Below are positions 49,061 through 64,000 of a DNA stretch of 64,000 bases, one piece after another. Numbering within the stretch: position 1 is the stretch's first letter; the number at the start of each line of letters is the position of its first letter. This stretch comes from the human T2T-CHM13v2.0 reference genome, Homo sapiens. The translations under genes and the position numbers were made by a program. Under the pieces are notes generated by a model. It made no database searches, was not told the DNA's origin, and worked only from the letters and a program-made list of their open reading frames with translations. The DNA is taken from the NCBI RefSeq assembly GCF_009914755.1, contig NC_060941.1; one strand, given 5' to 3'.

Positions 49061-49163
49061 AACATATGGACTATTTCACGACTTTGAATGTCATCCTTAC
49101 ACAGGAACCATGCTAATCTTCTCTGCATCATTCCAGTTTTGGTATTAGCACTGTCACTGACTA
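49061..49163 (-). pseudogene. U6 snRNA retropseudogene (diverged)
   Basis: Reverse complement aligns to U6: atatgga...ttcacga.tttg..tgtcatcctt.c.cagg..ccatgctaatcttctctg.atc.ttcca.tttt.gtat; TSD tattttctaa at 49053 and 49164. Confidence 0.9.
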
Positions 49164-50104
49164 TATTTTCTAATTAGATACTTTAAAAATATTTAGTTTG
49201 GAACTGGCTCGCTCCCTTACCATCCTCTCTTCTTAGCACTAATGGTTTTCAGTTGATTGTCAGGTGTCTTCCAAGCAGACAGTCATATCAGCTGCAGATA
49301 ACAATGCCTTTTGTCTCCTCCATTCCAGGAGTTATTCTTTTATTTCTGGTTCTTGCTGTTTTGTGCATGTGTGACCCCAGTTGTGTTAAATGCTAGTGAC
49401 ATCTTGACTTGCTCTCACTTTACTGTGGGTGATTTTGGTGTTTTCTGATTAAATATGATGCAGAAAGTTGGCTTGGGGCTTTGTTTTACATGTTAAGTCT
49501 TCTCCTCCTATATTCCTTTGAGTTATTAGGATTTGGTCATGGCTTTTATTAAATGCCTTCTAGGCATGCTGTTATTACTTTGATTATTGCTTCTCTTTTT
49601 ACCCTGGAGTCTCCTCCAGGAAATTAAAGTATGTGTGTATTTGGTCTCCTGGGTATTTCTTCCATGTCACATATGTTATCTCTGATTCTTGTGATCACTT
49701 TCATTCATGCTCTGATTTTTCAAAGTTTATCATCTAATGTGCTTTGCTTTGTATGTTTCTTTTCTTCAACTATTATGTTTTTAATCTTTAGTCTGATTTC
49801 TGTGCTTTCAAATTATTTCTTCATGACTTCTTGCTCAACTTTCATAGCTATCAAATCTTGAATTTCAAATGAGAATGCAAATTGCAGATTTTTTTGAAAT
49901 CTCCCATTTCTACCAGTAACTTTGTTTCATAGGTGCATATTTACTTGGAATCCTCAGCTGCTCCCCCTTTTATGATCTGCCAGAGCTTTCCAGATAGATC
50001 TAGAGAGTTTTCTGTGATCACCTATCTTTACAGAGGGAAGCTAGTATTGGTCCAAAAATCAGAAATTGAGAGGGATACTACTGGAGAATGTGTGGTTATC
50101 AGGT

Positions 50105-50280
50105 CATCTTTTTTTTTTTTTTTTTTTTTTTTGAGACAGACTCTCACTCTTTTGCCCAGGCTGAAGTGTAGTGGCGTGACCATAGCTCACTGTAGCCTGG
50201 AGCTCCTGGGCTCCAGCAGTCCTCTTGCCTCAGGCTCTCAAAGTGATGGGATTATAGGCGTAAGCCACAGCGCCCAGCCA
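50105..50280 (-). mobile_element. Alu monomer/partial
   Basis: Antisense Alu arm with T tail. Confidence 0.85.
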
Positions 50281-51569
50281 GGTCATATCATTTACGCTCT
50301 GTCGAAGGAAGAGGAAAATTTTTTGCATTATCTGGGGTGAAAGTAAGGAGCGCATTAAAGCCTGAAGTGCAATTTTGCCATTTTTTTCTTTTCTATGTAT
50401 TTTGTTTTTGTTGTTCTCATTGTTACTTTAGTGCCTGTTGGAAGGTGGCCTTGTCCTCCCCTTCTGCTTGCATGATGGCCCCTGTTCTTATCAGCTGGCC
50501 ATGGCTGTTTCCCTTGTGTGGCCTTCTGTGCATGCAGGCAAGGAGAAGGGAACACTAGCAGGCCTTCTGAAGCTGCTCATGGCAGAGGCCTCAACTTAGT
50601 AGTCCAGTTACCCTTTTAAATGATGACGATTCTGTAATGTGCCCTTTAATATCCTAAAATGAAATTCACCAGTCCATATACATTACTGAAAAAAATCAAT
50701 ATAATGCTGTACCTATAATGTAGAGAAGAAATAAAAGGCAAATAATTTCTAATGAAGTGACATATCAGTGTGTAAGTGCTGGAGCCTGACTCCACTAGAA
50801 GACAGATGCTTGTACATTAGTGGAGATTGCTGCCTTAAGCTTGAATGCTACAAATGAGACTGACTCATGGGTGCAGTGTTGAGAATTCAAATACCAGGCG
50901 TGTTGACATCAGTGACTTTGAAATGTTGACAGCTCAGGGTAAACATTTTGAATAAAGCAAAGTACTGTCTTTCCTTAAGTTACATGATAGTTGCATTCCT
51001 AGAAAATTCAGTGTATAATAGCAATGCTGTGTGAAACTGCTTTGTGTTTCTCTGTAAAACAGAGTTAGATTCTGGATGTAGGTATTTATAACTGTGTTCT
51101 CCTATTCAGGAGTGCTGTCAGATCACAAGGAGGGAGCAGGAAGCAGGAAGCAGGCGTGCCCCTCATATTTGCAAGGCTTGGGGCAAGAGTGCAGCGGGGG
51201 CCATCTGTTTATTCACAATATTCTGATATAATTAAATATTCTAGTAAAGGAGATCAAGTGTCAGGGATTTCAGATGACCTGGTAGCTTGTCGATCTAATG
51301 ACAATAATTTTCTTACTCATTTTCATCTTTTTTTTAATCAGTAATGGGTGAATTTTGTGTGGTGAATTTTATTTTTTCTTCCCAGCTTCCCCCAAGTTCT
51401 ACTTTAGTATTTTCTCATTTTTATCACTTTGAAATTTGTAATTCTTCTCAAAGGTTAAAAAAATTAATGATATTCAAATATAATTTTAAAATAATTTTTC
51501 TTCAAAATAGAAATTAAAGTCAATATAAAGGGTGAAATATATTTCATATTTTTAAATTTTTTAATTTAA

Positions 51570-52159
<590 letters not shown>

Positions 52160-52179
52160 AGATTTCTTTTTTTTTTAAG

Positions 52180-55930
<3,751 letters not shown>

Positions 55931-56669
55931 TTTCCTTATCTGAAAAACAGAGCTAGTCTTACCCATCTCCTACAGTGTGAGAATTAAGTGAAATGACAAA
56001 TACACGTACCTAGGACAGAAGCAGAAGTGTAGATTATTTTGTAAAATGTGATTTTTTTCCCCCTTGAACTAGCTCCCTTAATAGAATCTCCTACTTAGGA
56101 ATCATGGCAGTTAAAAAAAAAGAATCTACCTGCCTTAGTGTGGTGTACCTTGCCCAGTGTTTCAGGCTTTGCTTTCTTAAGATTTTTCTTTTTTTTTTCA
56201 AAATCACACTTGACTCATGTTATGTCTAGATTTACATATACATAAATTTGAGAGGAATAAGAATAGTTTAGTATTGCAAACTACTCCTCGGCCACCATGG
56301 CTCCTGTTGCAAACACTGCAGGGATTCATGAATATTCCAGAACCACCTGTTGGGATGGAAAGAAAAAGAAAATGGAAAATGGAACTTGGCACCTCTGGCA
56401 AAGTGTAAGAATGTATTGTATTCATCCTATCTGAAACCAGTTTAACAGACTGAATCTTTTGTGTGATCTGTTGTCAAAGCCCCTCCCGGCTTTGCACTCC
56501 GTATTCCCAACCAGACCAGTCTCCACTGTGGGCAGTGGTACAACTCACAAACCCTCACAGCGTTCAGACGCACTCTTTTTTGTTTCAAGGACAAGGAAAA
56601 GAGATGTGAAGTGTTTCTTGGGGCCCAGATGGTGTTATTCATAACAGTTGATGGTTAGGGTTACAAGAT

Positions 56670-56840
56670 TATATATTCCCATATAGAATATTCACACATT
56701 ATATAAGTATTACTTCATATAATGTTTATATATGTTTAAATATAAACATATTACAAACATGTATATATTTATGTAATATAAATATAACAAAATATAGTAT
56801 AAAATATATATTATATATTCCCTATGTATATATAATAAAG
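56670..56840. repeat. AT-rich low-complexity tract
   Basis: Degenerate (TA)n. Confidence 0.85.
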
Positions 56841-58124
56841 CCACACCTCCAATTTCAATCCAACCACTCAGGGTTCTTTCTAGCCTTGCCCCTTTCTCTG
56901 CTTGTAACCATCATCTCTGGTAGTAGTGAGAAACATGGCTGCCAGTATCCTCAATTTATGTACCTATTTGCTCAATATAACCAGTCTCAAATCCTTCTCC
57001 CACCTGCCACCTGCACCCAACTCCCCATTCCCCACCCTCCAGCCTCACTGACCAACCCACCCCTCTGCATGACTCCATAACATCCTTTCACTGCCCCATA
57101 CTCAGCTCCCATGCTGACCCCTTGCCCTGGGAAGGGAAAAAAAATTGGGCACAGGAGCTTTTTAAAAATGGTATATTATAAAGCCAATTAAATGTGCTTC
57201 GTACTTCTAGTTGTTTGCATTATCAGAAAGCAAGATTTCCTGCTTTCTTTGTTGAGAAAGGTACTTCTTATTGCTTAGGAAAGTTTTGTTTTATTTTTTT
57301 GAGACAGGGTCTCACTATGTTGCCCAGGCTAGTCTCCAACTCCTGGGTTCAAGCCATCCTCCTGCCTCAGCCTCCAGAGTAGCTGGGAATATAGGTGTGA
57401 GCCACTGCACCTGACATGTTGCCTAGAAATGCTGAAATGGGGGTGAATGAGAAATGCTGTCCCTGCAGGTAACTTGGTCAGGTTCCAGTATCCCATACTC
57501 CCTTATGGAAGAGGAGAAAAGGGAAAGAATTGTAGGATCCCACCATATAACAAGTTTTATGTTCCAGAAGAAAGTTCTGCTTTTCTGGTTCTGTGTAATC
57601 ATCACATTGGATGGAAGGGAAGCTGGAGGTCTTTCCACTGAATTCATGGAATATTAAAGTTCCAGTCCTTGAACTTGGGTGTGACCTTCTGAAATGTTCA
57701 AGTTTGTCAGTGGAAAACATGATCAGATCTCTTATGCTGCTTTTCCTGGCTGCTGACACACAGTAGATTCTCAGTGTTGTGTGTTCTCTTTTCCTGAAAG
57801 TTTGTGCATGTTACTGAGTTTGCCATTGAATTGTCTTTGTTTGCATATTGATTTCCACTTCAAAAAGTAGTTTAATACTGTGAAAGTACTGTTCCTAAGC
57901 AAATTACAGTACAGATGGTCAGAGTAGAAGTGTGTACTCTTGATACTTCCCTCTTCCCCCTCAACAGTGGAATCTTGCTGGGATTTTGTCAGTGCTGTTT
58001 AGATGGGACGTTTATCCTTATTTGATCAATCCCAAAAGGCAGCCCCTTTGTGGTAGTTTTATACTGTGAAAATTAGTTTTGGAACATTAAGCCAAGAAGT
58101 TTGCAATAAAATCAAATTTGTTTA

Positions 58125-58415
58125 TGTATTCATTTGAGACAGGGTCTTGCTGTGTCACCCAGGATGCAGTGCAGTGGTATGATCATGGCCCACTGCAGCC
58201 TTGACCTCCTGGTCCCAAGTGATCCTCCCGCCTCAGCCTCTGGAATAGTCTGGATGGACCACAGGCATGCACCACCATGCCTGGATAATTTGTTATTTTT
58301 GTAGACAGAGTCTTACTATGTTGCTCAGGCTGGTCTTGAACTCCTGGGCTCAAGTGATCCTCCTGCCTTGACCTCCTACAGTGCTGGGACTACAGGTGTG
58401 AGCCACTGTGCCTGA
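58125..58415 (-). mobile_element. Alu (AluJ-like)
   Basis: Antisense Alu. Confidence 0.9.
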
Positions 58416-58801
58416 TCCCAACATACATTTAATAATCTACATTGCAGGGAATTACATTAGGAACCATGTGTGGGGGACCAGAAGATAAGACTTGCACGTA
58501 GTCAATGCAGTAATGAGAAGACCGTAAGAAAAGTCTGTATAAGAGAGGGCATAGGCATGACTTTGTTCTGTCCTCTTGGCCACATCCTGGCTGTGTGACC
58601 TTAAGCAAATTAACCTACCAACTACAACCATTCCTTCTGTTGGGAGGAGCCAAATCTGTGGGAGTGGAAAAATCACTGAGAAGAAGCCAAACTCTAGGAT
58701 GTTGCTGTAGAAAGGGCCTACACACCCTGCTGTAGAAAGGGTCCTAGAGTTTGGCTTATTTTGTGTACTGGGGATCACTATGTCTCCTTGCAAACCATTG
58801 C

Positions 58802-59105
58802 ACTGGGCGCGGTGGCTCACACTTCTCACACTTGTAATCCCAGCACTTTGGGAGGCCAAGGCAGGCAGATCACGAGGTCAGGAGTTCAAGACCATCCTGA
58901 CCAACATAGTGAAACCCCGTCTCTACTGAAAATACAAAAATTAGCCAGGCATAGTGGCGCACGTCTGTTAATCCCAGCTACTCAGGAGGTTGAGGCAGGA
59001 GAATTGCTTGAACACGGGAGGCGGAGGTTGCAGTTAGCCAAGATCACGCCACTGCACTCCAGTCTGGGTGGCAGAGCTAGACTCCATCTATTAAAAAAAA
59101 AAAAA
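58802..59105 (+). mobile_element. Alu (AluS-like)
   Basis: Full Alu. Confidence 0.95.
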
Positions 59106-60329
59106 TCTGTCTTTTCAAACTCTAGTCTTTTATCAGGTAAACATTTTCTAAGTTTTATTCATTTTTTTTGGAACAAGTAAGACAGTTTACTTATTCAAAA
59201 TGTAAAGGGTTACAGTGAAAAGTTTTGCTCCTGCCCCTTTGCCCAGCCACCAAGTTCACCCACCAGTGGTGGGGAATGTGGTATCTTTCTAGAACTATTC
59301 AGTGTGTCTGGAAGCAAAAGGATATCCTTTTACCTTTCTGTATGCAAATAGTAACGTAAATGGACACACCATTCTGCACGTGCGCATTTTCTCTTTTCAG
59401 TGTATTTTGGAAATCATTCCTATCATTCCATAAAGAACCTCCTCGTTCTGGTCCCCATCTCTCTGGCACTTGTTTTATGATTTCTCAGTGGTTACTGATA
59501 GCAGTTCACAGCCTCATTCCCAAGTTATCTCCGTGTTTGGGGTTTAATTTCCCTGGGCCAGGATATTTACATTCATGAGATGGTTTCCTTGGACTTTAGT
59601 TTCCTCCCACTAAGGTTTGAGCTACACTTTGCAAATGGGCAAAGACCATTTTTGGATGTATATGCCTGAGGGAAGACAGAAAAACAAAGCTGAAAGAGCA
59701 TCCAGAGGGTTTGCCTTCACCATCGGAAACCACTCAGCTCCTTTTCAGGGCTAGCTTTTCAGACTGCTTTCCGAGATTTCTGCCCACTCCTGTTTGGCCA
59801 TGGCCGTGTGCCCTATTTTCAGTTTCTATATATGCCCTCATGTTTTCCTGAGCACATCAAGAACGCCTGCACGGTTACACTGGTTTATTTAGGAACCGTC
59901 CCCTTTCTTCTTCAGTCTGTCAGTTACTCATTTGAGGTCAGACTCACAATTCTGCGAATGTCTTAGCCTCTTGGAGGAGCATCGTGTGTGATGTTGGACA
60001 AGCTGCTTAGTGTCTCTCAGCTGGTTTCCTCATCCATAAGATGGAGTTAATCGTGCCCATTACAGAGAATTGTGACAAGCAAATGAAATGACACATCTGC
60101 AGAACTAAGAGCAGAAACTGAAATATAGATATTTTTATAAAATGTGATTTTTCCCTCAAATAATCTTCTTTAACAGAATATCCTACTTAGGAATTATGGC
60201 AAAACAAAAACAAACTTAAAAAAATCCACCTGCCTTAGACTCTTGGTCATCTTTTAAGATTCTTCAAGTTTTGCTTTCTTTTTTTATTTCCTTTAAAAGG
60301 TTTTTTTAAAATTAAATCTTTATTTTATT

Positions 60330-60920
<591 letters not shown>

Positions 60921-60944
60921 GCTTGAGTCTTAATTTTTTTTTGG

Positions 60945-61495
60945 AGTTTCCATACACCCTCTGCCCCCACACATGTACAGCCTCTCCCATTATCAACATC
61001 CCCCACCAGCGTGGTACATTGACATGACAGATCATTGTCACCCAAAGTCCATAGTTTAAGTTTGGGTTCACTTTTGGTGGTGTACATTCTGTGGGTTTGA
61101 ATGAATGTATAATGCCACGTATCGGCAATTGTAATATCACACAGAGTAGTTTCACTGCCCCCAAAATCCTCTGTGCTCTGCCCGTTCATCCCTCCCTCAT
61201 CCCTAGTCCCTGGAAACCACTGATCTTTTTACTGTCCCATAGTTTTGCCTTTCCTAGAATGTCACATAGTTGGAATCATACAGTATGTCACCTTTTATAT
61301 TGGCTTCTTTCACTTAGTAATACACATTTAAGTTTCCTCCATGTCTTTTCATGGCTTGATAGTTCATTTCTTTTTAGCACTGAATAATATTCCATTTTCT
61401 GGATGTACAACAGTTTATTTATCCATTCTCCTACTGAAGGACATCCTGGTTGCTTCCAAGTGTTGGCAATTATGAATAAAGCTTCTATAAATACT
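60945..61495 (-). mobile_element. L1MC/MB-type 3' fragment
   Basis: cattatcaacatcccccaccag...agagtagtttcactgccc...ggttgcttccaag. Confidence 0.85.
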
Positions 61496-62324
61496 CGTGA
61501 AGCTTTGCTTTAAGATGACATGTTTTTTTCTCCCCAAGTTACCATCACTTATCAACCAGTTCTTTTTTGGTCAATATTAAATTTTTCCATTTTTGGCTCC
61601 AACTAGTAAAAATAGGGCCAGATTTTGACTAATAGATGAAAGAATATTCTGGTTAGCTGCAGCAATTCAGAGACAAGCATGTTGCTCCAGGAAGTAAGGA
61701 ACTCCATGTGCTTGCTAGAGAGGTACTCATTCTCTACAAGTGGAGGAGCTATGGAGTGACAGGATTGGAAGACTTTCATCAAAGTCCTTTCCAACCCTGA
61801 AGGGGCTGCTATTAAGGTCAAAGACCTGTTCTTGGGTACATTTTCTTGTATCCTCCCATGTGGGAAGCTCTGTTCCAAGCCTTTGGGTTACAAGATAGAC
61901 AGAAGTCCTTGATGATTCCCAAACCTGCATCTCGGATCCCAACTTGCCCGTTGTACTCCAGAAACACTCCTCCCACTGTTTGCTGAAAATGTCTGGGGAA
62001 TATTCTGCATGTGTATTCATTCATTCCTTCAATACATATTTAGTGTCTACTATGTTCCAGGCATCTTTCTGGGTGCTAGGGATGCAGCAGTTAACGACAA
62101 CAAAAAAAGTCCCTGCTCTCATGGATCTTACATTTCATTCTCAACATGTCTTAACCAAACCCATCATCCTCGTTTCATTATAGAGTTGTTTAACTGCTTT
62201 CTCTAGCATCTGGATTTGTCCTAACTGAAGTGGCATTTCTCAGTCCTCCAGATACATTCTAGTGTTATCTTTATTAACTTCCTTTCTCTCAACATGTAAT
62301 TGTCATCTACAGTTGCATCTTACA

Positions 62325-62635
<311 letters not shown>

Positions 62636-64000
62636 CACTTCTTTTTATTTCTTTTGCATTCCCCTGACTTCACCCAACACAGCATCTCTTACCCAAAGCA
62701 CAGTAGCTTCCTGACTTGAGTTGCTGCTGGTGGTTAATGCTTACTCTCTCGTCCTATGTGAGTAGGATCATTTTCGGCCCATCAATTGAAAAAGTTGGCT
62801 AAACCAGGGAAACCTAAAAAAATTAAACTATACTTTTAAACATTTTATTTTCACCCAAAACATATAACTGCACATTTGTTCACTCATCTTTAGTTATAGA
62901 GCCAAGACATTGTCTTACAGTGGTCTTGTTGATTGAAGTTTTTTTAAACATCTTTCCATTCTTATATCTCCTATGATTTCCAGTTTTAGTTTTTTTAAAC
63001 ATGAGAAAGAACGAAAATACTTAAGAGGAAGATTGGATACTGAATCCTTTCACATGTTTGCAAATATTCCTCTATTATAATTGCTTCAGCCATTTTTAGT
63101 GACTCATCTTCATTGAGTCTTTTCAAACCATTCAGCATGTCTTTTGAGGAAGCGATATCTCTCCCTCTTTGTACTCATATTTCACTAGTTAATGTACAAA
63201 GTTATGGAAATAAATTTGCAAGTACAACTAGCATAAATAGGTTTGGGAACAAATATGCTTGACTCTTACTATGAAGACAACCCACATGATGGGAGCATGA
63301 GTGCCCAGGTGTCCCAGAGAGGAGACTACCAGCCAAAAGTGTTCATCTTGCCAAGGGTGTCAGTCAGTGTGTCCTGTAAACATGGGGTGCATTGGTTATT
63401 TTGGTGAATTGATTATCTGTAAAATGTTCAGTAGAGAGTGCATAAGAGAGCAACTTCTGTATTACCAGAGTAATCTTCCTAAGCCACAGCTGTCATGAGA
63501 TCACTTCTCTGCTCGAAAACCTTCAAGCACTCCTCACTGGTTGAGGGGCCAAGGGCAACATCTTGCCTTGTGATTCATTGTGATCTATGGCTGTCTTACC
63601 TCCCTCCCCCGTTGGTGCCTTGACTGTGACCTTTTCACAATCACTCTGGTGAACAACGACGGGGCCTGCTGCCGGGGCCTTGCTTGTCTAGGCTGTGCAT
63701 GTCCAAGCCAAGCCCCTCCCTCCCTGCTGCCCCCTTCTCTCCTCCTGCCACTGCAGACCTTGATGGATATGCTGTTCACCTGGAAAGGACCCGCTCATAG
63801 TAGCACCTCCTTCAAAAAGCGTTTCTTGAGCTCCTTTCAACAGGGCATGCTTTTTCCTTTAAAAACCCTTCTGCAGCACCCCATGTGTATTTGTTAAGTC
63901 ACTCCCATATCCTACCTATACTGCTTCTCCTGCCTAATAACTCTCTGTTGCCGTGAGTTGAACCCAGCTCACTGGACCTGCTCGCTGCTCATTCAGCAAG

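Larger units (their letters stand above)
55979..60280. repeat. Diverged ~200-bp direct duplication (~55979-56180 and ~60065-60280)
   Basis: Shared ordered blocks tgaaatgaca, taaaatgtgattttt, tcctacttaggaat.atggca, acctgccttag, tttgctttctt. Confidence 0.85.

Noticed and set aside
48990-49400. U6-L1 chimeric retrotranscript
   Set aside because: The TSD flanks U6 alone, so U6 inserted into pre-existing sequence.
50590-51110. Possible hAT/Charlie DNA-transposon remnant
   Set aside because: Could not identify the family or termini with confidence.

Overview
Primate (almost certainly human) genomic DNA, Alu/L1/L2/MaLR-rich, from the 5' part of SPECC1 (cytospin-B) on the + strand. Two coding exons are visible: 19312-19479 (ATG at 19333, [10 protein letters not shown]...) and 33094-33229 ([10 protein letters not shown]...). 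The rest is intronic, apart from a probable short alternative non-coding first exon near 9700-9748. About 1 kb after the second coding exon lies a full-length, sense-oriented processed pseudogene of KCTD9 (~34275-37816) inserted into an old L1. All seven of its disabling lesions fall in the central BTB region, leaving domain-sized KHA and pentapeptide-repeat ORFs open. A U6 snRNA retrocopy lies at ~49061-49163. Structure not explained by ordinary repeats includes two long palindromes (828-933, 43196-43255), a ~120-bp templated insertion (31518-31640, copied from 32157-32271), a diverged ~200-bp duplication (~55980/~60065), a triple-nested MER47A>MADE1>Alu, and a divergent pair of consensus CTCF motifs. 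I cannot establish a new biological system from sequence alone. The best testable leads are the KCTD9 retrocopy/SPECC1 interplay, a stop-free circularisable start-codon exon, and a testis-type alternative promoter. Family assignments come from recognising consensus sequences by eye, and repeat boundaries are approximate unless a TSD is quoted.
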